Source: Bacilli bacterium
GTDB lineage: Bacteria > Bacillota_I > Bacilli_A > RF39 > UBA660
Direction of reading: 5' to 3'
DNA length: 64,000 nt
Assembly: GCA_017525035.1 (NCBI GenBank)
Contig: JAFXTH010000023.1
Location: forward strand, 39,975 to 103,974
In this document: positions 19,510-29,436 of the stretch, piece by piece
How the letters are laid out: every line of letters starts with the position of its first letter
How positions within the stretch are numbered: position 1 is the stretch's first letter
Made by a program: the position numbers and the translations under genes
The notes under the pieces: model-generated
What the model saw: the letters and a program-made list of their open reading frames with translations, nothing else
Told to the model about the DNA's origin: nothing
Databases searched by the model: none

Positions 19510-21534
19510 TTATTCTTTTACATAATCACATTCACTACATTTGATTGTGTTATTTTTTTCTACTAGTGGCTTACCACATTCTGGACATTTCTCTCCAGTT
19601 GGAATATCCCATGTTGCTACTTTGCACTTTGGATAATTATTGCAGCCATAGAATACTTTTCCACGTTTACTCTTCTTTTCGATAATCATTCCACCACATT
19701 CTGGACATTTAACTATTTCTTTTATTTCTTTTTGTTCTTTTTTAATATACTTACAAGTTGGATAATTGCTACATGCAGTAAATTCTCCATATTTACCTTT
19801 TCTAATTACAAGTGGGCTTCCACATTCTGGACATATTTCTCCTGTTTGTTCAGGAGCTTTTTTGTCCATTTCTCCAAAAGCCTTTTTAACTAATGGTTCA
19901 AAAGAATCATAGAATTCATGTAATACTTTGATATTATCTTCTTTATCATCAGCAATTTTATCTAAGTCTGTTTCCATATTAGCTGTGTATTCAACATTAA
20001 TAATATCGCTGAAAAATTCTTGTAATTTATCAGTTGTTTCAATCCCCATATTTGTAGGTTTAAACTTCTTTTCAACAAGTTCTACATACTCTCTTTCTTT
20101 AATTGTATCTATAACTGTTGCATATGTAGAAGGTCTACCGATACCTAATTCTTCCATTTCTTTAATTAATTTAGCTTCAGTATATCTTGCTGGTGGTTGT
20201 GTGAAGTGTTGTTCTTTTTCTACGCTTTCAGCATTTAGTACTTCATCTTGTTTTAAATCTGGAAGAATCTTATCTTCACTTGATTCAAATTCTTTATAAA
20301 CTTTTAAATATCCATCATATATTAATGTTTGACCAGTTGCTTTAAAATCGTAGTCATTATTTCTTAATATAATTGTAGTAGCATTTACTTTAGCATCAGC
20401 CATAAGGGATGCTAATGCTCTATAGTATATTAATTCATACAATTTATATTCATCTTTAGAAAGATATTGTTTCATCTTTTCTGGTGTTCTAAATACACTT
20501 GTTGGTCTTATTGCTTCATGAGCATCTTGAACGTTATCTTTCTTTTTAGCAGTCTTAACATAACCAACATACTCTTTACCATACGTATCATTAATATATT
20601 TATATCCTTCTTTAATAAACTGATCACTTAATCTAATAGAGTCAGTTCTCATGTATGTAATAAGTCCGACTGTCTCACTACCAATATCTATACCTTCATA
20701 TAGTTTTTGCGCTATTGACATTGTCTTTTTTGCATTAAAGTTTAGTTTGTTAGAAGCATCTTGTTGCATTGTACTAGTAATAAATGGAGCTTTTGCTTTT
20801 TTATTTTTTTGTTTTTCTTCAATTGATAATACTTTGAAATCATTTGAAAGTGCTTTTAGTACATCATCTGCTTCTTGTTCATTATTTATAGTTATTTCTT
20901 CATCTTTATAATTAAATAAAACTGCTTCAAAGTCTTTAAATACCCCAGTAATTGTCCAGTATTCTTCGCTATTGAAGGCTTCTATTTCTCTTTCTCTATC
21001 TACAATTAGTTTAAGTGCTACTGATTGAACACGTCCTGCACTCTTACCACCTGTTTTTGATTGCATTAATTTACTTAATCTAAATCCAATGATTCTATCA
21101 AGTATTCTTCGAGTCTCTTGGCTTTTTACTAAATTATAATCGATCTTTCTAGGTTCCTTAAAAGCCTCTAAAACTTTATCCTTAGTAATTTCATGAAATA
21201 ATACTCTATCATAATCACTATCTTTTATTCCTAAGGCTTCTTTTAAATGCCAACTTATTGCTTCTCCTTCACGGTCAGGGTCGGTTGCAAGATAGATTTT
21301 ATCACTATCTTTAGTAAGCTTCTTTAATTCATTTATTGTCTTTTGCTTACCTTCAATTGGAACATAGTTAGGCTTAAAATCATTGTCTACATCTACACCT
21401 AAACCATATTTTCCAGTTGTTGCTAAGTCCCTTATATGACCTTTTGATGAAACAACTTTAAATCCAGCACCTAAATACTTTTCTATTGTTTTACTCTTAC
21501 TTGGAGACTCCACTATTACTAAATTTTTAGTCAC
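19510..21534 (-). CDS. topA: DNA topoisomerase I
   Basis: LVIVESPSK, LATDPDREGEAI, SAGRVQS, ITYMRTDS, C-terminal zinc ribbons. Confidence 0.98.
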   Translation of the reverse strand: MTKNLVIVESPSKSKTIEKYLGAGFKVVSSKGHIRDLATTGKYGLGVDVDNDFKPNYVPIEGKQKTINELKKLTKDSDKIYLATDPDREGEAISWHLKEALGIKDSDYDRVLFHEITKDKVLEAFKEPRKIDYNLVKSQETRRILDRIIGFRLSKLMQSKTGGKSAGRVQSVALKLIVDREREIEAFNSEEYWTITGVFKDFEAVLFNYKDEEITINNEQEADDVLKALSNDFKVLSIEEKQKNKKAKAPFITSTMQQDASNKLNFNAKKTMSIAQKLYEGIDIGSETVGLITYMRTDSIRLSDQFIKEGYKYINDTYGKEYVGYVKTAKKKDNVQDAHEAIRPTSVFRTPEKMKQYLSKDEYKLYELIYYRALASLMADAKVNATTIILRNNDYDFKATGQTLIYDGYLKVYKEFESSEDKILPDLKQDEVLNAESVEKEQHFTQPPARYTEAKLIKEMEELGIGRPSTYATVIDTIKEREYVELVEKKFKPTNMGIETTDKLQEFFSDIINVEYTANMETDLDKIADDKEDNIKVLHEFYDSFEPLVKKAFGEMDKKAPEQTGEICPECGSPLVIRKGKYGEFTACSNYPTCKYIKKEQKEIKEIVKCPECGGMIIEKKSKRGKVFYGCNNYPKCKVATWDIPTGEKCPECGKPLVEKNNTIKCSECDYVKE

Positions 21535-21614
21535 GCTTCCACTTCCATTTCTTTTCTTATTTATTTATACTAATTATTAAATATTTTGTCAACACTATAT
21601 ATTATTATACATTT

Positions 21615-21639
21615 AAAAAGAAATTCCTAAGAATTTCTT
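21615..21639 (-). terminator. Rho-independent terminator
   Basis: AAGAAATTC-TTAG-GAATTTCTT followed by a T-run at the end of the murF-ddl unit. Confidence 0.65.
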
Positions 21640-22771
21640 AATTTTTTTGAAAATTTTCATCTTCTAAGAACTCATTTAATTCTTCTTCAGTATCTTTATC
21701 AAATAGTTCTTCTTTCCTTAATATATAGTTATCTCTTACTACACCAGAGTGTTTATCACCATATAGTTTTTCAGCAATTTTTATGATCATATCAATACTT
21801 ATAGGTTTACTTCTTTTTAACCTATTATGTAAATTCTCATAAGTTCTATTGAAAGCTTTTAAAATAAGTGATAATTCTTTTAATGATTTTTTGTCTTTAC
21901 AAACATCACGCTTTTCTTCACTATATTTTAAATCACTTATTTCAAGAAGTGATAATGCACCAACAAATCTTTCATTAAACTTATTTCTTTTAATCAATGA
22001 TAATGGACACATGAAGAAATTGTAATTCATTCTTCTTACAGTATTATCTTCATATTTTTCTTTTGATAGAGAATCCATTGAGGGATCAAAGAAATAAATT
22101 CCATCTAAATGATATATTGGATCAACCACTTCTACTACTGATATATATGATATTCCATCATCTGATTCTGTTTTACCTACAAAAGCATTGTAACCTAAAG
22201 TTCTTAAAATGTGTGTAAACAAAGCATTAAATCCATATGAATTAGTTTGTCTTTTACTAACTATTTCTGGAAGTTGATCTATATCCTTTGTATCAACATA
22301 TTCCATCAATTTGACTTCATCATATATTTTCATTATTTGTTCAACTGCCGATAAGTTTCTGTCATCTAATTTTCTAATGTATGATTGTAATGTTCTAAAT
22401 CTAGGTATATCAGTAAGTTTATATGTGTCATCAACTTTCTGATATGGTACTTTCCATGTTGATGGATTTTCAAATGAAAATGTTAAAAATGTTTTAACAT
22501 CCTGTGGTGAAAGATCAACAAGCAAATATTTCTCTACTTTTCTATCATCTATATACTCACTAATTGTTAATAAATTTTTAACAAGTTCAATTGTGTCTAA
22601 ACCACAACTTCCTTTAAAGTATATTTGTTGAAGACTATTAGGAGAAAATATTAAGTCTTTATAACTCTCTAATTCTTCACTAGAAAAAGAGTGGTCTATG
22701 ACTAAATTTTGGACATCAAAGTAGTCGAAACTAAATGAATCGTTTACTTCTTTTGTTTCCAAAACATTCAT
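21638..22771 (-). CDS. Hypothetical protein with degenerate transglutaminase-like domain
   Basis: EQIMKIYDEVK...TNSYGFNALFTHILRTLGY...GIYFFDPSMD resembles transglutaminase-like cores; start reassigned to ATG 22771. Confidence 0.5.
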   Translation of the reverse strand: MNVLETKEVNDSFSFDYFDVQNLVIDHSFSSEELESYKDLIFSPNSLQQIYFKGSCGLDTIELVKNLLTISEYIDDRKVEKYLLVDLSPQDVKTFLTFSFENPSTWKVPYQKVDDTYKLTDIPRFRTLQSYIRKLDDRNLSAVEQIMKIYDEVKLMEYVDTKDIDQLPEIVSKRQTNSYGFNALFTHILRTLGYNAFVGKTESDDGISYISVVEVVDPIYHLDGIYFFDPSMDSLSKEKYEDNTVRRMNYNFFMCPLSLIKRNKFNERFVGALSLLEISDLKYSEEKRDVCKDKKSLKELSLILKAFNRTYENLHNRLKRSKPISIDMIIKIAEKLYGDKHSGVVRDNYILRKEELFDKDTEEELNEFLEDENFQKN

Positions 22772-22793
22772 AAAACCACTCCCCACTATTGTT

Positions 22794-23987
22794 TTACTTT
22801 AACTTACCTAGTTTACCAAACTTACCTTTTGCACCCTTAAGTCCATTAAATCCACTTAATATGTTAGATTTGAAACTTCTTGTTTTATTCTTTTCAATTT
22901 TATAATTCTTCTTAGCAATATTAATCATTTCATCAAGCAACTCAGTAAAGTTCTTGTCTTTAGCATCCCATAGATAGAATGCTAAGCTTCCTGGGCATGA
23001 ATTAATTTCATTAATATATACCTTTTTCTTTTTCTTATCGATTAAGAAGTCTATTCTTGTTACTCCACTTAATCCTACTGCTCTAAATGCTTCAAGTGCT
23101 GTATTTTCTACTTCTTCTCTTAATTTCTTATCAATATCTGCTGGAATCTTTCTCAAAGCACTAGCCATTCCTTTAGACCCTTGCTTTTTAGATCCACCGA
23201 TATATTTATCTTCATACGTTAATAATGCATTATCAGTAAGCACTTCTTCAATTTCACTTAACTTTTGTGTTTCATAATTTCCTAAAACACTTATATTAAC
23301 TTCAACTAAATTTTCTACTTTTTCTTCTACTACTATTTTTGTATCGTAGTTTATAGCTTCTTCAATAGCATCTTCTAATTGTTTTCTATTATCAACTGAT
23401 GATATACCTACACTACTACCTAATGTAGCAGGTTTTACTATCATTGGATATTTTATTTTCTTTTCTATATCCTTAATAACTTTATCGCTATCTAATGTAT
23501 AATCACTATCATAGAACCAATGATATAGAGTAATTGGAAGTTTTGAACTTTCAAATACTTGCTTTTGAATTACTTTATCTTGTGCTACAGCACTAGCCAT
23601 AACATCACTTCCAACAAATGGTATTCCAATTGTCTTTAAGTATCCTTGTAATACTCCATCTTCTACATTAGTACCATGTACTACTGGAAGCATTAAGTCT
23701 ACTTCATTAATTATACGTTTAAATGTTCCTTTGCTTTGTAATACAAAACAATTACCTTTCTTATATAAAACAACATTCTTAGTATATCTTTTCAATAAAT
23801 CCATATCTTTGTATGTATCTATTTCTCTTAATACTGCTCCTGTATACCATTCACCGTCTTTAGCAATGTATATTGGTACAATATCATACTTTTCAGTATC
23901 TAATTTATTCATTGCTTGAACTGCTGAAATAATGCTTACTTCATGTTCAACTGATTCTCCACCAAAAATTACTCCAACTTTTATCAT
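22794..23987 (-). CDS. ddl: D-alanine--D-alanine ligase family protein
   Basis: FGGESVEHEVSIISA, HGTNVEDG, VKPATLGSSVGI, YINEINSCPG. Confidence 0.93.
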   Translation of the reverse strand: MIKVGVIFGGESVEHEVSIISAVQAMNKLDTEKYDIVPIYIAKDGEWYTGAVLREIDTYKDMDLLKRYTKNVVLYKKGNCFVLQSKGTFKRIINEVDLMLPVVHGTNVEDGVLQGYLKTIGIPFVGSDVMASAVAQDKVIQKQVFESSKLPITLYHWFYDSDYTLDSDKVIKDIEKKIKYPMIVKPATLGSSVGISSVDNRKQLEDAIEEAINYDTKIVVEEKVENLVEVNISVLGNYETQKLSEIEEVLTDNALLTYEDKYIGGSKKQGSKGMASALRKIPADIDKKLREEVENTALEAFRAVGLSGVTRIDFLIDKKKKKVYINEINSCPGSLAFYLWDAKDKNFTELLDEMINIAKKNYKIEKNKTRSFKSNILSGFNGLKGAKGKFGKLGKLK

Positions 23988-23996
23988 AAAATCCTC

Positions 23997-25604
23997 CTAT
24001 TCAGTATATGTATCTGGTAAATCGTTTTCAAATAATGCATATAAATCTTTCTTTGCTTTTAATTTATTAATTAATGTATATGCTTCTCTTACATCATTTG
24101 TAACAAATAGTTTATCTTCTTTAAATTTTTTCTCTAATAATCCATCTTTAATTGGCTTAGTTTTCTTTTCTCCAACTAATATAACAAAATCAGCAACATC
24201 TGCTATTTGTTTACCAAATTCCTTATTAAGTTCATCTTCTTTATCACCAAGTTCTATCATTCCTGGAGTTACAACAACTTTTGTTCCATCCATCATATCA
24301 AGAACATCAAGTGCTGCTTTAGCACCAACTGGATTTGAATTGTAGGCATCATCTATTTGATAGAAGTTACCTAATCTCTTTATTTCCAATCTATGTTCTA
24401 CTGGTTTAACTCTTTTTACCCCTTGTTGTAATTCTTTAATAGAAAGACCAAATTCATAACCTAAAGCGATTGCAGATAGTATGTTATAAACATTATGCTT
24501 TCCTAATAATTTTGTTTCAAAAGGATATTTCTTCTTGTCACCTTTAAAAGTAACATCAAAACTTGTTCCCTTACTCGTGCATTTAATGTCAGATGCTTTT
24601 ACATCAACATCTTTGCTATCAATTCCTATCCACAAAATCTTACAAGGGTTTTCATTTTTAATCTTATAACTTTTTTGTTTAGGATCATCTTTATTTAACA
24701 CTCCTACACCATCTGCAGGTAAAGATTCAATTAATTCCATTTTTCCATCAATAATGTTTTGTTCACTTCCAAATGTTGCTAGATGAGCAGTTCCTATAGA
24801 AGTAATAATTCCATATTTAGGAGTTACTAACTTACATAGTCCACTTATTTCACCTTTAACATAAGCACCCATTTCAGCAATGAATACATCTTCAAATTTA
24901 GTTAAACTATTGTTAATAACTATCATTAATCCGTTAAATGTATTTATACTCTTTGGAGTAGCTAATGATGTATATTTAATGTTTAATACATCATTTAATA
25001 CATTTTTACAACTTGTTTTTCCATAACTACCTGTAATTCCAACAATTTTTAAATCAGGCATAGATTTAAGTTTATTTTTTGCTTGTCGTTCAAACTTATG
25101 ATATATCATTCTTTCAATTGGGTGGTTAATTACATTTGCAAGATATATAATTAAGTAATTTAAACTTATTAATACTGCAAGAGCAATTAAAGATACATCT
25201 CTATATTGTTCATTATATAAGAAGAATCCAAGAGGTATTGCATGTAATATAACTAGGGTAACTATTAATCTTTTGACCCTCTTTGTGATTACTAATGGTT
25301 TCTTGTTTTGATCTTGTTTTCTCTTTTCTCTTTCAATCATGTAACTAGCAAGATATACAAGTCCTAATACAGCGATAAAGAATATATCTAATTCTTCCAT
25401 CATTGAGAATAAAAGTAATACAGAGAATAAAATTCCATACAAATTGATATTTAAAAATGTTCTCTTTTTGTTTTTAAATACCCATTTTATGTATCTATTA
25501 TTTTCGTTGTATAAGTTTTGCTGTAACATGTGTAATGCTTTTTTACTAGCATAAATAACGTAGATATATTCTACAAAAAATAAAAAATATGTTAATAGTC
25601 TCAT
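23997..25604 (-). CDS. murF: UDP-N-acetylmuramoyl-tripeptide--D-Ala-D-Ala ligase with N-terminal membrane domain
   Basis: Several N-terminal TM helices; GITGSYGKTS, IAEMGA, IDDAYNSNP, TPGMIELG. Confidence 0.9.
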   Translation of the reverse strand: MRLLTYFLFFVEYIYVIYASKKALHMLQQNLYNENNRYIKWVFKNKKRTFLNINLYGILFSVLLLFSMMEELDIFFIAVLGLVYLASYMIEREKRKQDQNKKPLVITKRVKRLIVTLVILHAIPLGFFLYNEQYRDVSLIALAVLISLNYLIIYLANVINHPIERMIYHKFERQAKNKLKSMPDLKIVGITGSYGKTSCKNVLNDVLNIKYTSLATPKSINTFNGLMIVINNSLTKFEDVFIAEMGAYVKGEISGLCKLVTPKYGIITSIGTAHLATFGSEQNIIDGKMELIESLPADGVGVLNKDDPKQKSYKIKNENPCKILWIGIDSKDVDVKASDIKCTSKGTSFDVTFKGDKKKYPFETKLLGKHNVYNILSAIALGYEFGLSIKELQQGVKRVKPVEHRLEIKRLGNFYQIDDAYNSNPVGAKAALDVLDMMDGTKVVVTPGMIELGDKEDELNKEFGKQIADVADFVILVGEKKTKPIKDGLLEKKFKEDKLFVTNDVREAYTLINKLKAKKDLYALFENDLPDTYTE

Positions 25605-25608
25605 ACTA

Positions 25609-26340
25609 TCACTCCTTAATAAAAGTTTTTATTACATTACATACTGGGTTTAAAAATTCAATATATGTATAATGGCTTCCACCTTCGTATGTAACAAGCC
25701 CAGCATCCTTAATTATTGTTTCTAGTTCTCTTGCTTCTTCTATTGGTGCTTCAGTATCATTATCTCCCCATATTAGTAATGTAGGACATTTAATATTTTT
25801 AGCACAAAGAGTTAAATCTTCATTAACTGTATTAACAAGTATTTCTCTCATTATTGGAGAAGCTGCTCTATAATCTCTAGAACCTATATGCTTCTTAGCA
25901 AAACCTTCTAGTTTATTTAGTCCTGGAACTTTCTTAAGCGTCTTAAGCACTTTTGTCTTAGCACTCATTTTCTTTTCTTTTCTAATACATGGTGCTCCAA
26001 GAAGTACTACCTTTTCTGTATCATACTTAGATGCATATACAATAGATATTCTTCCACCAAACGAATGCCCAATTAATATTGGTTTTTTTATTTTCAGTTT
26101 ATCAAGTAGTTCTTTTACTACTTCACAGTAATCGTAAATTGTTAATGCTTCCTTGGGCTCACTAGAAGCTCCATGTCCTGGTAAATCAATTATTGTAATG
26201 GTAGCAATATTCTCTAGTTTTTTACCTATTGGATTCATCATTTCAATGTTTTGTCCCCAACCATGTAACAAGACTACATTTTGCTTACCTTTACCATATT
26301 GTATGTAATTTATATCAATATTTTTAATATTAGTTATCAT
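25609..26340 (-). CDS. Alpha/beta hydrolase
   Basis: LLHGWG, DLPGHGAS, GHSFGG, PTLLIWGDND; first gene of the hydrolase-murF-ddl unit. Confidence 0.9.
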   Translation of the reverse strand: MITNIKNIDINYIQYGKGKQNVVLLHGWGQNIEMMNPIGKKLENIATITIIDLPGHGASSEPKEALTIYDYCEVVKELLDKLKIKKPILIGHSFGGRISIVYASKYDTEKVVLLGAPCIRKEKKMSAKTKVLKTLKKVPGLNKLEGFAKKHIGSRDYRAASPIMREILVNTVNEDLTLCAKNIKCPTLLIWGDNDTEAPIEEARELETIIKDAGLVTYEGGSHYTYIEFLNPVCNVIKTFIKE

Positions 26341-26431
26341 CTTTAACACCTTAGGTTAATTATATCAATTTTTAGGCTCATATTCAATTTTTTAGGCTGT
26401 ATTTACATATAATTTTACAAAGAAAAAGAGA

Positions 26432-27439
26432 CTATATTAATGAGTCTCTTACAAATACTTCTGTGTTACTTTCAACATAGACATCAACAAGTGCTTTTTC
26501 CGTTATCTTTATAAATCCAAGTCCATTAATAACTAAGTCTTGATGATATCCTACTTCTATTGTCATTTTATTAAGATCATTTAACACTTCACATCTAGAA
26601 GTATCTTTCTTATCCTTCTCTAAGTCATTTGACATAAAAAATGTAAAACTGTTTTTATCACCTTCTAGATAATCTATTCTAAATAAATTATCTACTATAA
26701 CTGATTGTCCTTCTCTCATTTGGAATGTATAAGGATCTATTTCTTTTTTGGGATTAACTTTTTTGATTGTATCAAAGTCTAAATAGTTAGCTATGTTACC
26801 TCTATCTATTAGTCCTGGAGTATCAATTAACGTTAAATCATCAGTTAATTTCATAACAATTTTATTTAACGTAGTAGATGGAAGTGGTGAAATAGTTAAT
26901 TCATACTTTTCATCACCATAATTTTGTACCATCTTATTTATTAATGTACTCTTACCTACATTAGTATGCCCTACTACATAAACATTCTTACTAGACTTAT
27001 GTTTTTTTATCATTAACAATAGTTCATCCATGTTATAGTTTTTGTTTGAACTAATAATTATTATGTCTTGATAATCTAACCCTAAGTTCTTAAAATATTC
27101 TTTTATTTTATCGTCATTTACACTTCTTGGAAGAACGTCTCTTTTGGTTAATACAAGTATTAATCTATTAGTAATATAGTTTCTAATCATTTTAATATCT
27201 TTTTCTATATTTAAAAGATCTACTATATAAAGTACTAAGTCTTTAGTTTCATTAACACTTTTTAATATATCAATGTATTCTTCATTTGATTTAGTAGTTA
27301 TCTGATAATCGCCATAATTTCTTAACTTAAAACATCTTGAACAAATATCATTTGATAAATCTGGAGTATATCCATCATATAACATATTAGAATCTTGAAG
27401 TTTTACACCACATCCTATGCAATACTTATCTTCAATCAT
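26432..27439 (-). CDS. yqeH: Circularly permuted ribosome biogenesis GTPase YqeH
   Basis: N-terminal CxxC...CxRC zinc finger, TKRD, GHTNVGKS, DTPG; follows yqeG. Confidence 0.92.
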   Translation of the reverse strand: MIEDKYCIGCGVKLQDSNMLYDGYTPDLSNDICSRCFKLRNYGDYQITTKSNEEYIDILKSVNETKDLVLYIVDLLNIEKDIKMIRNYITNRLILVLTKRDVLPRSVNDDKIKEYFKNLGLDYQDIIIISSNKNYNMDELLLMIKKHKSSKNVYVVGHTNVGKSTLINKMVQNYGDEKYELTISPLPSTTLNKIVMKLTDDLTLIDTPGLIDRGNIANYLDFDTIKKVNPKKEIDPYTFQMREGQSVIVDNLFRIDYLEGDKNSFTFFMSNDLEKDKKDTSRCEVLNDLNKMTIEVGYHQDLVINGLGFIKITEKALVDVYVESNTEVFVRDSLI

Positions 27440-27953
27440 AATATTCTCCTTTATTAAACTTCTTCTGCTTTGCTAAACGTTTTAAATGTTTCTTTTCAAA
27501 GAATCTATTTATTCCTGTACATTTTAGTTCTTCAGTTGATAATGGTTCAACCAAAACTGTATATATTCCAAATCTATTACCACCTAGAATATCTGTCATT
27601 ATTTGATCTCCAATGATACACATGTCTTCTTTTTTATAATTATTCTCTTTTAATACTTTTTTAAATCCTTTAGAAAATGGTTTCATAGCAGATCCCACAT
27701 AATGAATACCCAAAGCATCTGCTACTTTTGTAAGTCTCTCTTTATGAGAGTTATTAGAAATTATATAAATATTGAAGTCTTTTTTTAATCTATTGATTAA
27801 TTTGCAAGTATCTTCAGTTGGAGTTACACTATTAACTTCCATTAAAGTATTATCAAGATCAAATATCAAACATTTGATATTATTCTTTTTTAATTTGTCA
27901 TAATTGACTTCTTGAATATTTGGTTTATACATTTTTGGAACATATTTATCCAT
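27432..27953 (-). CDS. yqeG: YqeG family HAD IIIA phosphatase
   Basis: FDLDNTL, ISNN, AMKP, IGDQIMTDILGGNR. Confidence 0.93.
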   Translation of the reverse strand: MDKYVPKMYKPNIQEVNYDKLKKNNIKCLIFDLDNTLMEVNSVTPTEDTCKLINRLKKDFNIYIISNNSHKERLTKVADALGIHYVGSAMKPFSKGFKKVLKENNYKKEDMCIIGDQIMTDILGGNRFGIYTVLVEPLSTEELKCTGINRFFEKKHLKRLAKQKKFNKGEYYD

Positions 27954-27985
27954 AAAATCATCCCTTTATAAAGAGAAAACTTAGA

Positions 27986-29428
27986 TTATTCTAAGTTTAT
28001 TTTTTCTAATCTTTTTGTTTTCTCGATTTCTTTTTCTTTTTCCTTCTCTTCAATCTTTTTCTTTTCTTTTTTGTTTTCAATAAATAATTTAATAAAGATT
28101 ACAAGTAATACTATAAATATTGTTAAACTTAAAATCAAGAAAAAGTTAATTCTATTATCCTTTTTAAATGTTATTGTATAGTAACTTTCAACGTTTTTAG
28201 TACCGTCTCTAGCACTTACTGTAATCGTAAGAGTATCTCCTGCTTTAAGCTTTGATACTTCTTTATCCATTGTGTAAACTGCTTCATCAGGATTATTTAC
28301 AATTGGTTTAATAACTAAAGAGTCTATATCACTTGCTTTATAAGTTATTTCATAATCAAACTTATCTTTTTTAAAGTTTAGACTTTCACTATAATTGAAC
28401 ATTTCAATATTTTTAAGAGTAGTATCTATTTCAGTATCTAAGTTGTTAATAAGTATTTTATACACTTTTTCTTCTTTTTTCTCACTTGTAACAGTAATTA
28501 TTACTTCATTTGATCCAGTAATAAGCTTCTCTGGCTTTTTTATAACTACCGTTGCATTTGGATCAACTGGTTCAGCAGCTATATCTATTGTTTCTAGTTT
28601 ATGCGTTGTAACAGTATACAATAGTGAGTCTTTATCAAATTCTTCAAGAAGTTTAGGATTTGAATTAATGATTATATTCTTTAAATCATTATTTGTTCCT
28701 CTGTTGTCTTCTCTTTTTATATTTAATGTATATGTTTTTTCTTCTCCGTTAGCAGCAATTACCACAATTTTTATCTTGTTATCACCATATTCTAGTGGAT
28801 AAGATTTCTTTGGTCCTGTGTTATTTTTAAACTTTGCTGTTTTATCATTTAAAGTTGATTCAATACTTGCAGTTGTAACACTTTGTTCTACAACAAGGCT
28901 ATATTCAAATTGCTTTGGTGAGAAATTAGTTAATGTCTCTCCATTTAATTTAATCTCTTTTAATGTATTATCTGTTGATTTAATAGCAATAGTTTGTGAC
29001 ACCTTATCAAGTGTATTTATTGTTTGATCTGATGTTGTTCTTGTTGATGCCTCTAATGAAATAATTGTGCTTGATTTAGATACATCTTTTTTTACTCTAA
29101 ATTTTATTGTTGCTATAGTTGTTTTACCTTTAAGACCATTTTCATGTGAAAAATCAAGAGTAAGTGGTGATGAATCTTTAAATTCAGTATTATCTACCCA
29201 ATTGTTTTGATTTTCGATACTTAATATCTCAAGTACTGATGTTTCATACGTTAATGTTGCTTTAAAATTATCAATTGAAACATCATTCGATGCAACTATA
29301 TCAATTGATATTTCTTGATCTGGGCTTGCTTGAGTTGGAGCTTTTATTATAGCTTTCGACTCTGCAAAAACATTAATTGGAATTAAAAATAATATCAGTA
29401 AAAATATATATTCTTTTATTCTTTTCAT
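27986..29428 (-). CDS. Surface protein with cohesin-like and cadherin-like beta-sandwich repeats
   Basis: Signal peptide (IPINVFA); repeated STDNTLKEI/TNNDLKNI/DTTLKNI...YTL units; C-terminal TM and charged tail. Confidence 0.75.
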   Translation of the reverse strand: MKRIKEYIFLLILFLIPINVFAESKAIIKAPTQASPDQEISIDIVASNDVSIDNFKATLTYETSVLEILSIENQNNWVDNTEFKDSSPLTLDFSHENGLKGKTTIATIKFRVKKDVSKSSTIISLEASTRTTSDQTINTLDKVSQTIAIKSTDNTLKEIKLNGETLTNFSPKQFEYSLVVEQSVTTASIESTLNDKTAKFKNNTGPKKSYPLEYGDNKIKIVVIAANGEEKTYTLNIKREDNRGTNNDLKNIIINSNPKLLEEFDKDSLLYTVTTHKLETIDIAAEPVDPNATVVIKKPEKLITGSNEVIITVTSEKKEEKVYKILINNLDTEIDTTLKNIEMFNYSESLNFKKDKFDYEITYKASDIDSLVIKPIVNNPDEAVYTMDKEVSKLKAGDTLTITVSARDGTKNVESYYTITFKKDNRINFFLILSLTIFIVLLVIFIKLFIENKKEKKKIEEKEKEKEIEKTKRLEKINLE

Positions 29429-29436
29429 ATTCCCTC

